In this document: positions 44,045-52,625 of the stretch, piece after piece
Layout of the letters: each line of letters opens with the position of its first letter
Numbering within the stretch: position 1 is the stretch's first letter
Assembly: GCA_043775355.1 (NCBI GenBank)
Contig: JAYVSL010000025.1
Location: 224 to 64,223, forward strand
Direction: 5' to 3'
Length of the DNA stretch: 64,000 nt
DNA from: Planctomycetota bacterium
GTDB taxonomy: Bacteria; Planctomycetota; UBA11346
The notes under the pieces: generated by a model
What the model was told of the DNA's origin: nothing
Database searches by the model: none
What the model saw: only the letters and a program-made list of their open reading frames with translations
Position numbers and translations under genes: made by a program

Positions 44045-45610
44045 TTAGCGGGGTGTAACTGCTGCCGCTGGAACCGTTGCGGGCTGAACCGCTGGCGCTG
44101 CTGCTGCTGGCGCTGCCTGCGCTTGCATGCCGCTGCCTTTGGTCAACGAATTCGGCCACGCGATCAACAACACCACGGCGATTGCCGCGCTCGCCAATGA
44201 CCAGCGTGCCAACATTGGCGTCGGCGCGATGGCTGGCTCTTTGTTGGTCGCCGCCCACAGCGCGACAATCATGCGAATGTAATACGCCGCGCCGACCACC
44301 GCCATCACCATGGCGAAGATCGCGATCATCATTTTGCCCTTCGCTACCAAGTCAGCAAAAATCAAAAACTTACCGAGAAAACCAACCGTTGGTGGAATGC
44401 CAGCGATGGAAATCAAGAACACCGTCAGCACTAAACCATAGAACGGTTGAGCACGGCCCTGGCCGGCCAAACCACTCAAGCTGTCGCCCTGATCATCTTT
44501 ACCCGAAATCGCCGCAAAGGCAGACAACGCACCTGCCGTCGCGATGGCGTAACCGACCAGATAGAACCACAGGCTGCCAAGCTGTAAACGTTCGCCGACG
44601 CCAATGGGAAGAGCGAGCGCCAACATCATGTAACCGCCGTGCGCAATCGAGCTGTACGCGACGATGCGACGAGCACTGGTTTGCTTGAGGGCACTGAAAT
44701 TTCCGAGCACTAAACTCAGCAGGCCAAGCACCAAAAACGCGAGATTTAATTTTTCTAATTTATCAACTCCACCAGCCGTGAGTGTTACCGCATCGCCAAG
44801 GTTCAGGACGCCGCCGTTGTGCGTACCGCTCATCACCGCAGCCAAGTTGAGCCAAATAGCGCCGAGAGCAGCAAAGCCGCCAACTTTAATGACAGCGCCC
44901 ATGAAACCGGTGACAGCAATCGGTGCGCCAGTGTAAGCGTCCGGGGCCCAGAAGTGGAACGGCACGACGCCCACTTTGAACAGCAGACCGATGATCATCA
45001 GCACTTGACCAAACTGCAAAAGATTCGCGTGTTGAGCATCGATCGGAGCATGACCAAACGCGGTGAAACCCGTGGCTCCGTAGGTCAGCGCCGAACCATA
45101 CAGAAAGATCGCGCTGAACACGGAACCCATGACAAAATATTTAAACAACGCCTCGTTCGATTCTGGACGCGTACGGCGCAAGCCAACCATGGCATAGATC
45201 GACAGTGACGCGAGTTCGATGCCGACGAACAACGCCAGGCTGTCATTCGCCATGGTCATGATCAGCGCGCCAATCGTGGCGAGCAACGTCAGTGCATAAG
45301 CTTCGCCACCTGGATATTCGTCACGACCAAGACTTTGCTGCATGCCCGCTATGGAACACAACGCCGCAGCTAAAATGGCTTCGCACAACCACATCCGCGA
45401 GTGGTCCATCGCCAGGATGCCATGCAAATGACCGGGCTCAGCGAACGCCTGGACCACGCCAGCGAGAACCAAAAAGGCGGCACTCAACCAAGGAATCAAC
45501 GCATGCTTCGTTGCCCGTTGCAAAAACGGTTCGAAGCCCAGGGAGACCAAGGCGCCGATGAGCACCAATGTCAGCGGCAAAAGCAGCAGGAAAAGGTCGG
45601 CGGTGGGCAT
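44045..45610 (-). CDS. nuoN: NADH-quinone oxidoreductase subunit N
   Basis: 521 aa, polytopic antiporter-like subunit. Last gene of the nuo cluster. Typical FKVGVVPFHFWAPDAY motif. Ala/Pro-rich C-terminal tail. Confidence 0.9.
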   Translation of the reverse strand: MPTADLFLLLLPLTLVLIGALVSLGFEPFLQRATKHALIPWLSAAFLVLAGVVQAFAEPGHLHGILAMDHSRMWLCEAILAAALCSIAGMQQSLGRDEYPGGEAYALTLLATIGALIMTMANDSLALFVGIELASLSIYAMVGLRRTRPESNEALFKYFVMGSVFSAIFLYGSALTYGATGFTAFGHAPIDAQHANLLQFGQVLMIIGLLFKVGVVPFHFWAPDAYTGAPIAVTGFMGAVIKVGGFAALGAIWLNLAAVMSGTHNGGVLNLGDAVTLTAGGVDKLEKLNLAFLVLGLLSLVLGNFSALKQTSARRIVAYSSIAHGGYMMLALALPIGVGERLQLGSLWFYLVGYAIATAGALSAFAAISGKDDQGDSLSGLAGQGRAQPFYGLVLTVFLISIAGIPPTVGFLGKFLIFADLVAKGKMMIAIFAMVMAVVGAAYYIRMIVALWAATNKEPAIAPTPMLARWSLASAAIAVVLLIAWPNSLTKGSGMQAQAAPAAAAPAVQPATVPAAAVTPR

Positions 45611-45614
45611 GGTA

Positions 45615-47225
45615 TCAGGGGCTCACAGATGGGACGGCCGCAGGAGCGGTCGCAGGAATGGCAGTGGACTTGGCAGCCGACGCTTTGGCTGGATCAGCTT
45701 TAGAGGCTTCAGCTTTGGCAGTAACAGCCTTGGCAGTAACAGCTTTAGCTTTGGCCGCAGCTGCCTCTTTGGCCAGTTCAATCACGACCGGGACGGCTTG
45801 GTCATTGATGGGTTTTGGGTAAAAACCAAAGACAAAACTCAGCAACAACAGCGGCACCACCGCCAGCACTTCGCTGGCGCTGAGATCTGGCAAGCGATCA
45901 AGGCTAGGATGGCGTTTGCCATACAACCAGCGCTGGACCACCCGCAGCAAGTAAACCGCGCCCAAGATAACCGATAAGCCAGCGATCACGGCGACGGTGA
46001 AACCCAGGCCGAGGTAGCTGCCGAACAACAACATAAATTCGCCAATGAAGTTCGCGGTTCCTGGCAGAGCAGCCGAAGCCAGAGCCGTGACCACGAACAA
46101 CAACGCGAAAATCGGCGTGCGTCCAGCCAGCCCACCAAAATCATCCAAGCCACGGCTGGAAGTACGGGCTTCCATATATCCCACCAATAAGAACAGCGCC
46201 GCGACCGACAATCCGTGCGCCACCATTTGCAACGGCACACCGGCCAACGCTGCTGAATGGAAACTGAAAATGCCGACCATCACCAAGCTCAAATGGCTCA
46301 GACTCGAAAATGCGATCATGCGTTTGATGTCGTCCTGGGCCATGGCGACCAACGCGCCACCAACGACGCCGATCAAACCGAGCACCACGAACACGCTGGA
46401 GTATTCCACGCACATCGCGGGAAACATCGGCAGAACGAAGCGCAGAAAGCCGTAAACACCAATCTTGGCCATCGCACCAGCCAACAGCACCGCGCCACCG
46501 GCAGGAGTTTCGCTGTAGGTTTTGGCCTGCCACGAATGGAAAGGCACCAACGGAACTTTTACCGCGAATGCGAGCACGAAAGAAAGGAACAAACACAATT
46601 CGCCCTGGGCGGTCAACTGACCCGACGCCCGCAGGCCTGGTAAATCAGTGATGATGCGTGCGAGCTCGGTTGAGCCGGTCTTCCATGCCAACCACCAAAT
46701 GGCGACCAACATGAAGATCGAACCGAACATGGTGTACAGAAAGAACCATAACGACGCGCTGCGGCGTTCGGCACCGCCGAATATCGCAATCAACACCACC
46801 ATCGGCACCAGCATGGCTTCAAAGAAGAGGTAGAAGAGCACCAAATCGCGCGACAACAGCGCGCCAATCATCAACGCTTCCATGATCAATACCGCGCTGA
46901 CGAAATCGCGCATGCGCTCGCCAACTAACTTGCGGCTGCCAAGAATTGCTATCGGCGTCAACCACGTCACCAGCTGAATAAGCCAGGCGCTAAGACCATC
47001 GCTCGCCAGATGCAAGTGCACCGTGGCGTTCGTGCCCCACAGGGTGAACCACGGTAAGCTGGCGTCCAACCCTGGCATGCAGGTCACCAGCGGCAGCCCC
47101 AACAGGGCGACCATGAGGGAAAGCAAGAAGCCGACGCGAAAACTTGATTCGCCATCTTTGCCAGAGGCGAAGACGGTAATCAGAGCGGCAACAAGCGGCG
47201 CAACGAGTAAAGCGTAGAGGAGCAT
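45615..47225 (-). CDS. nuoM: NADH-quinone oxidoreductase subunit M
   Basis: 536 aa. AFAVKVPLVPFHSWQAKTYSETP is typical of NuoM/ND4. It has a C-terminal Ala/Lys-rich repeat tail (AKAKAVTAKAVTAKAEASKA...). Confidence 0.9.
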   Translation of the reverse strand: MLLYALLVAPLVAALITVFASGKDGESSFRVGFLLSLMVALLGLPLVTCMPGLDASLPWFTLWGTNATVHLHLASDGLSAWLIQLVTWLTPIAILGSRKLVGERMRDFVSAVLIMEALMIGALLSRDLVLFYLFFEAMLVPMVVLIAIFGGAERRSASLWFFLYTMFGSIFMLVAIWWLAWKTGSTELARIITDLPGLRASGQLTAQGELCLFLSFVLAFAVKVPLVPFHSWQAKTYSETPAGGAVLLAGAMAKIGVYGFLRFVLPMFPAMCVEYSSVFVVLGLIGVVGGALVAMAQDDIKRMIAFSSLSHLSLVMVGIFSFHSAALAGVPLQMVAHGLSVAALFLLVGYMEARTSSRGLDDFGGLAGRTPIFALLFVVTALASAALPGTANFIGEFMLLFGSYLGLGFTVAVIAGLSVILGAVYLLRVVQRWLYGKRHPSLDRLPDLSASEVLAVVPLLLLSFVFGFYPKPINDQAVPVVIELAKEAAAAKAKAVTAKAVTAKAEASKADPAKASAAKSTAIPATAPAAVPSVSP

Positions 47226-47245
47226 CTGGGGCTATCCGCGGGCGG

Positions 47246-49363
47246 TCAGAAAAGGAATTCGAGGAGCAAAAAGATAATCGCTACGCCGACAGCCGTCAGG
47301 CCGACGACCCAAGCGAGTGGTCCGGTGAGCAATAACAGTGACACCAAGCCAACCGCACCAGAGGTGCTTAAGGCCAGCGAACTGCGCAAACGTGGACGTT
47401 GAATGCTGGTGTAGCCATCACCCAAAAAGCGTGCGACATCGGCGGTCAAACCAACGACGCCAGCAACCAGGGCATCGACAATCCAGGCCATGATCCAGGC
47501 AATAATTTTCGTCGGCAGGATAACGATAACGTGATAAACGCGATCGAAACCCCAGGTCCACCACGCCGCGAAGCCGACCAAATCTTTTTCGCTGCTGTCG
47601 ACGTGACCACGGCGCCAGATGAGGAAGGCGACGATCAGTCCGGCCACAGCCGCGAGCAGTCCGGCAAGCATCGGCCAGAGCGAGCCGTGACCATGTTCAG
47701 CAGCGGCAACCACAGCGGCGCCATGCGCAGCAGGCTGATGCAGGAACGCTTGAGCGTCTCCAAGGATCGGCTTCAGATACGATTCAAACGCATGGGTACC
47801 AAAATTGATCTGCTCCAACAGCGGTGACCACAACACGCCCACCACCAAACTGCCGAACCCGAGAATGGCGATCGGAATCAGCATGGTCGCTGGTGATTCG
47901 TGCACCTTGCCCTTCACCTCATCGCTGTGACGCGCGGGACTCCAAAAAGTTAGATACATCACCCGACTCATGTAAATCGCAGTCACCAAAGCCACGATCA
48001 CTGCGACCACGCCGATGAACGGAGCAAAACCATGGCCCTCAAACAAACGCTCCAAAATTAAATCTTTGGAGAAGAAGCCGGAACCGAGGGGCAGACCAAT
48101 GATCGCGTACCAGCCGAAGAAGAAACACGCATGAGTAATGGGCATGAGTTTGGTCAACCCACCCATCCGGCGCATGTCTTGTTCGTGATGCAAACCATGG
48201 ATCACGGAACCCACTGAAAGGAACAACGTCGCTTTGAAGAACGCGTGCGTGAAGACATGGAACAAGGCGACATCAAACGCGCCAACGCCACACGCCATGA
48301 ACATGAAACCGAGTTGACTGACCGTCGAATACGCGAGTGCCTTCTTGATGTCCAACTGCACCAGGCCAGCGATCGCACCCCAGGCCGCCGTCAAGCAACC
48401 GACTACTAACACCACATCTAAAGGTGTTAGACCAAAAAATACCGGTGCAGAAGCGTGCACAAAAACATCTGACAAACGCGCCAACAAATAAACGCCAGAC
48501 GTCACCATGGTGGCGGCATGAATCAACGCCGACACCGGAGTCGGACCAGCCATGGCATCTGGCAGCCACGTCACCAAAGGAATCTGCGCACTTTTGCCGG
48601 TGCAGCCTAAGAACAACAGCAAGCAGGCGGCGCCCAACAAACCCGCGCTGGCTGACATCAGCGGAATATTTTCCGTCGCTTGAAACCACACCGCGATGTC
48701 GTGGTAATGCATGCTTCCTTGGCCATTACTGTTCATCACCACATACAGCGCAAAAGCGCCGAGCAGGAATCCAAGGTCACCAATGCGATTCACGATAAAG
48801 GCTTTGCGCGCAGCGTCGTTGTATTCGTTGTTCTGATGCCAGAAACCGATCAGCAAGTAAGAACACATACCCACGCCTTCCCAGCCCAAGAAGGTCATCG
48901 GCAAGCTGTCGCCAATGACCAAAATGATCATCGAAAACATGAATAGATTGAGGTAAGCCATGAATCGCGCAAAGCCGCGATCCTCCCACATATAGCCAAC
49001 CGAATAGAGATGAATCAGCGTACCGATGCCGGTTATGAAGAGCAGCATCATGCTGGTCAGGCGATCGAACATCAAACCGGCCGTCAGCGAGAAAGAAAAG
49101 CTATCCGACTTGAAGGCAATCCACTCCCATAAATTTTGTGTCAGTGAAACATTGCCAGGTGTAGCAACGCTGCTGAGTTTTATTGCCGCGATCACCGCGA
49201 TCACAAATGCCAGACCCGGCATCAATACGGCAATCACCGAGACAAATGCACGACTCGGACCGTACGCACTGCGCGCACCGCCCAGACTTAAAGCGCCATT
49301 CAGGATGGCACCCAGCAATGGCAGAAAAGGAATGAGCCAGAGCAGCTCGAACGTAACTTTCAC
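47246..49363 (-). CDS. nuoL: NADH-quinone oxidoreductase subunit L
   Basis: 705 aa. GKSAQIPLVTWLPDAMAGPTPVSALIHAATMVTSG is the NuoL/ND5 signature. C-terminal lateral-helix region is present. Confidence 0.9.
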   Translation of the reverse strand: MKVTFELLWLIPFLPLLGAILNGALSLGGARSAYGPSRAFVSVIAVLMPGLAFVIAVIAAIKLSSVATPGNVSLTQNLWEWIAFKSDSFSFSLTAGLMFDRLTSMMLLFITGIGTLIHLYSVGYMWEDRGFARFMAYLNLFMFSMIILVIGDSLPMTFLGWEGVGMCSYLLIGFWHQNNEYNDAARKAFIVNRIGDLGFLLGAFALYVVMNSNGQGSMHYHDIAVWFQATENIPLMSASAGLLGAACLLLFLGCTGKSAQIPLVTWLPDAMAGPTPVSALIHAATMVTSGVYLLARLSDVFVHASAPVFFGLTPLDVVLVVGCLTAAWGAIAGLVQLDIKKALAYSTVSQLGFMFMACGVGAFDVALFHVFTHAFFKATLFLSVGSVIHGLHHEQDMRRMGGLTKLMPITHACFFFGWYAIIGLPLGSGFFSKDLILERLFEGHGFAPFIGVVAVIVALVTAIYMSRVMYLTFWSPARHSDEVKGKVHESPATMLIPIAILGFGSLVVGVLWSPLLEQINFGTHAFESYLKPILGDAQAFLHQPAAHGAAVVAAAEHGHGSLWPMLAGLLAAVAGLIVAFLIWRRGHVDSSEKDLVGFAAWWTWGFDRVYHVIVILPTKIIAWIMAWIVDALVAGVVGLTADVARFLGDGYTSIQRPRLRSSLALSTSGAVGLVSLLLLTGPLAWVVGLTAVGVAIIFLLLEFLF

Positions 49364-49367
49364 CGGT

Positions 49368-49688
49368 CTACTCCTTCATGTCCGCGAAGGCATCGCTGTC
49401 GAGCGACTCGCGGCCACGGACGATGCAGATCACCATCGCGAGACCGACACAGGCCTCCGATGCGGCGATGGCAATGATAAAAATTGGCGTCATCTGACCG
49501 AACAGCGAAGCGCTGCCGGCAAATTCACGACTGAAACCGATGAAGCTCAGATTGACTGCGTTGAGCATCAATTCGATGCCCATCAACAAAAGAAAAACGT
49601 TTCGGCGGGTCAACGCGACAGCGAGCCCCAAACAAAACAGCACGGCAGCGACCACCTGCACGTCGCTCAGCGCGATGTAATTCATCAT
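49368..49688 (-). CDS. nuoK: NADH-quinone oxidoreductase subunit K
   Basis: 106 aa, three TM helices. GIELMLNAVNL and AAAEACVGLA-type motifs. Confidence 0.9.
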   Translation of the reverse strand: MMNYIALSDVQVVAAVLFCLGLAVALTRRNVFLLLMGIELMLNAVNLSFIGFSREFAGSASLFGQMTPIFIIAIAASEACVGLAMVICIVRGRESLDSDAFADMKE

Positions 49689-50506
49689 GAGTGATGCCCT
49701 TCTTCATGCGCAGGCTCGGTCGGCGGGCGACTTGCCAGCGAGCGCTTCGCCAACACCACCGCGCCGACCACCGCTGCCAGTAAAACCACGCCGATCAATT
49801 CGAAGAGAATATAAAAACCAGAACTCTGTGGGCGAATGTCAAACATCGCCGCCGACAACAGCGCAATTTCTCCGCGCGGCACCGCAACAGCGCGGAAGGT
49901 CACCGCAGCACTGCCACTGCGCTCTTTTGAACCGCTGATGGTGAGCTTCGCCGTATAGGTTCCTGTCGGTGCATCGTACGCATGACGGACTTCACGGCCG
50001 TTGGCGGTATTCTTGTCACCAAAATCCCACGAATACGTCGCGCCTTCGCCAGCATCCACCGCTGCGAAATGAACATTGGCCGTACTTTGATCCGATAGTG
50101 GTCGCTCAATCAAACCAGCTTTGTCATCACGTACGAACGCTGGTTTGGTGGCACTCAATGAGGTCGCCACTAACGCGGCACCGAGTACCACTGGTAACGC
50201 GAGTGCGGTAAGGCTGAACCAATCAAACACAGGAATACGATGCTCTTTGGCCTGGTTCAAAACCATGATAACGAACACCACCAACATCATCACCGCACCC
50301 GCGTAAACCAATACTTGCAGCACCGCTAAGAACGGACTGTTCAGCAAGGCGTAGATGCCAGACATGCTGAGCATCACGCCGATCAAATAGATCGCACCGT
50401 TGATCGGATGGCGCGCCAACAGCAGGCCAAGACCGCAAAAAATAGCGATACCGGCAAACAGCCAGAAATAGGCGGGACCTAAGATTGCGTCGAGCGAGTG
50501 GAACAT
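49685..50506 (-). CDS. nuoJ: NADH-quinone oxidoreductase subunit J carrying an inserted PKD-like domain
   Basis: 273 aa. Position between nuoI and nuoK, and a TM1-3 pattern like NuoJ/ND6. Between the fourth and last helices lies VHFAAVDAGEGATYSWDFGDKNTANGREVRHAYDAPTGTYTAKLTISG, a PKD-domain signature. Confidence 0.85.
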   Translation of the reverse strand: MFHSLDAILGPAYFWLFAGIAIFCGLGLLLARHPINGAIYLIGVMLSMSGIYALLNSPFLAVLQVLVYAGAVMMLVVFVIMVLNQAKEHRIPVFDWFSLTALALPVVLGAALVATSLSATKPAFVRDDKAGLIERPLSDQSTANVHFAAVDAGEGATYSWDFGDKNTANGREVRHAYDAPTGTYTAKLTISGSKERSGSAAVTFRAVAVPRGEIALLSAAMFDIRPQSSGFYILFELIGVVLLAAVVGAVVLAKRSLASRPPTEPAHEEGHHS

Positions 50507-50523
50507 GGCGTTTCGTGGTCGAA

Positions 50524-50586
50524 TGTGGACGAAGAAGCGGACAAGGAAGCGGACGAAGAAGCGGACGAAGAAGCGGACAAAGAAGC
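50524..50586. repeat. tandem 12-bp repeat (GAAGCGGACRAR, about 5 units) filling the nuoI-nuoJ spacer
   Basis: GTGGACGAA GAAGCGGACAAG GAAGCGGACGAA GAAGCGGACGAA GAAGCGGACAAA GAAGCA, read directly from the + strand. Confidence 0.9.
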
Positions 50587-50603
50587 AAAACTCTTATGAG
50601 TGT

Positions 50604-51179
50604 TTAGTGGTACGTTCCAGATTTGAATTCTTCAAGCGCTTGGGCGTTCAGCGAACCGCCTGGCGCTTTCTGACTCTGGAGATCATCCGCCGGATATTCC
50701 GACGGCTTCCATTCCATCATGGACTCGCGATTGATAACAAAATCGGCGCGGTTGTCGCCCGCCATCACGGCTTGACGAGTGTCCATGCGAATCGCATCGC
50801 ACGGGCACGCTTCAACGCAGTACCCGCAGAACACGCACAACAACAAATCGATTTCAAAACGCACTGGGCGTTTTTCGATATGCATGTCAGGTGATTCTTC
50901 AGCGACGATGTTGATGCAGCGCGCGGGACAGGCGGTCGAGCACATGAAACAAGCCACGCAGCGGGGACTGCCATCGGGGCGTTTCATCAGGCGGTGGCGG
51001 GCGCGGTAATCACGCGGCAGATCAGGTTGTTGCTCAGGATAATTGAGCGTTGGGAATTTGGTTATGCCGCTCAAATTGCGCACCGCGTGGCCCATGGTCG
51101 TCGCTAGACCTTTGAAGATCTCGACGAAATAGAGCTGTTCCCAGAAAGTGAGATTGGGACGAGGGATTACTTTCGCCAT
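50604..51179 (-). CDS. nuoI: NADH-quinone oxidoreductase subunit I (2x[4Fe-4S] ferredoxin-type)
   Basis: 191 aa. CVACFMCSTACPARCI and CVFCGYCVEACPCDAI cluster motifs. Confidence 0.9.
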   Translation of the reverse strand: MAKVIPRPNLTFWEQLYFVEIFKGLATTMGHAVRNLSGITKFPTLNYPEQQPDLPRDYRARHRLMKRPDGSPRCVACFMCSTACPARCINIVAEESPDMHIEKRPVRFEIDLLLCVFCGYCVEACPCDAIRMDTRQAVMAGDNRADFVINRESMMEWKPSEYPADDLQSQKAPGGSLNAQALEEFKSGTYH

Positions 51180-51186
51180 GGTCGAC

Positions 51187-52623
51187 CTACTTCACTAACT
51201 TGGCGATGAGCGCGGTAACCAGCAGGTTTACCAACGCGATGTTGAGCATGACCTTCCAGCCGAGTGCCATGATCTGGTCATAGCGGAAACGCGGCAGGGT
51301 CCAACGCACCCAGACGAACAACCAGGCTACCGCCAAGGTCTTGCCCAGCACGATGTGCAATTGGATGACTGCGGTGACTAAGCTGACCCACAGCGGATAA
51401 ATTGGCTTCGCTTCATAGACTGCACCCGACAGCGGCGTCGGCCCGCCCAACGCGAAAGCCAGCGCACCGCCAGCCACCGAAAGAATCGCCAGGAACATAA
51501 ATAGTCCTGAAAAGAGCGAGAATTCTTTCACGCGCTCAGCTTTGTCGCTGACCGGCAAGGCAGCGTACGCTTTTTTATGCACGCTCACCAAATGACTCAT
51601 AAGGAACAGCACGGCGGCACCAATGAATAAGAACACGCCACCGACTTGGCCCAAATGCGCCTGAATCCACGCAGTATCGAGCACCACCCACTGCAAACCT
51701 ACACTTGCACCGGCTGCGTCGAGGGCACCGAAGGACGGCACCGGAATAGGGAACGGCGCCAAGCTATAACCACCAAGGTACAAGGTCGAAATCAACGCTG
51801 ACGCCAGCAAGACGTGCAAGTATTCCGCGGTCATAAACATCATGAATTTCGACGACGCGAATTCGGTATGGAAACCCGCGACCAATTCAGAGTCACCTTC
51901 GGCGACGTCGAAAGGAGTACGATTGCACTCGGCAAACATCGAGACCAAGAACAGCGCAAAACCAACGGGCTGGACGATAATGCCCCACGCGTGCGTGGTC
52001 TGCCATTCAACGATGCGGGTCAGACTAAAATCGCCGACCAATAAAATCAGGCCAAGCACCGACAAGCCCATACTGACTTCGTAACTGATCATCATTGCCG
52101 AAGCGCGCAGGCCGCCGAGCAAAGAGAATTTCGAATTCGACGCCCATGAACCCAGCACCACGCCATAAACTGACAACGAACCAATCGCAAAGGTCAGTAA
52201 AAGTCCAGCATTCAGATCAAAGACCTGACCACTGATCACTTGCAGCGGACCGCCCTCTGGCTGATGAACGATCGGAGCAAACCACGGCAACGCGGCCGGA
52301 GTCAAAATTGCCGTCACCACCGGAATCGCAGGCGCCAAGATGTACCACCATTTGTGAGCGAACGGCGCGGTGAAACTTTCCTTGAACAACAACTTCACGG
52401 CATCAGCAAGGTTGAAGACCATGCCAAATCCGCGCAACTTCAACCCACCAGAAAACGGAATGGGTATGGCTGCACGATTGGGACCCGGACGATCTTGAAT
52501 GATCGCGGCGCCACGCCGTTCGATGAGAACGAGCAACGGCAAGACCTGGAAAAGCAGGGCGAAAATCAGCACCGGTTTGAGCAGAGTCAGGATGACGTCG
52601 AAATTCAGAATGAGGAAATCCAC
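51187..52623 (-). CDS. nuoH: NADH-quinone oxidoreductase subunit H (unusually long)
   Basis: 478 aa. AECNRTPFDVAEGDSELVAGFHTEF and WVRWTLPRFRYDQ are NuoH/ND1 signatures. About 120 extra residues lie between them. Confidence 0.9.
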   Translation of the reverse strand: MDFLILNFDVILTLLKPVLIFALLFQVLPLLVLIERRGAAIIQDRPGPNRAAIPIPFSGGLKLRGFGMVFNLADAVKLLFKESFTAPFAHKWWYILAPAIPVVTAILTPAALPWFAPIVHQPEGGPLQVISGQVFDLNAGLLLTFAIGSLSVYGVVLGSWASNSKFSLLGGLRASAMMISYEVSMGLSVLGLILLVGDFSLTRIVEWQTTHAWGIIVQPVGFALFLVSMFAECNRTPFDVAEGDSELVAGFHTEFASSKFMMFMTAEYLHVLLASALISTLYLGGYSLAPFPIPVPSFGALDAAGASVGLQWVVLDTAWIQAHLGQVGGVFLFIGAAVLFLMSHLVSVHKKAYAALPVSDKAERVKEFSLFSGLFMFLAILSVAGGALAFALGGPTPLSGAVYEAKPIYPLWVSLVTAVIQLHIVLGKTLAVAWLFVWVRWTLPRFRYDQIMALGWKVMLNIALVNLLVTALIAKLVK

Positions 52624-52625
52624 GT

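Noticed and set aside
50223-50894. Two ORFs with periodic peptides (KKRTKKRTKKRT on +, LLRPLLRPLP on -)
   Set aside because: Both are translations of the 12-bp tandem repeat in the nuoI-nuoJ spacer. The rest of each ORF is antisense or out of frame to nuoI or nuoJ.
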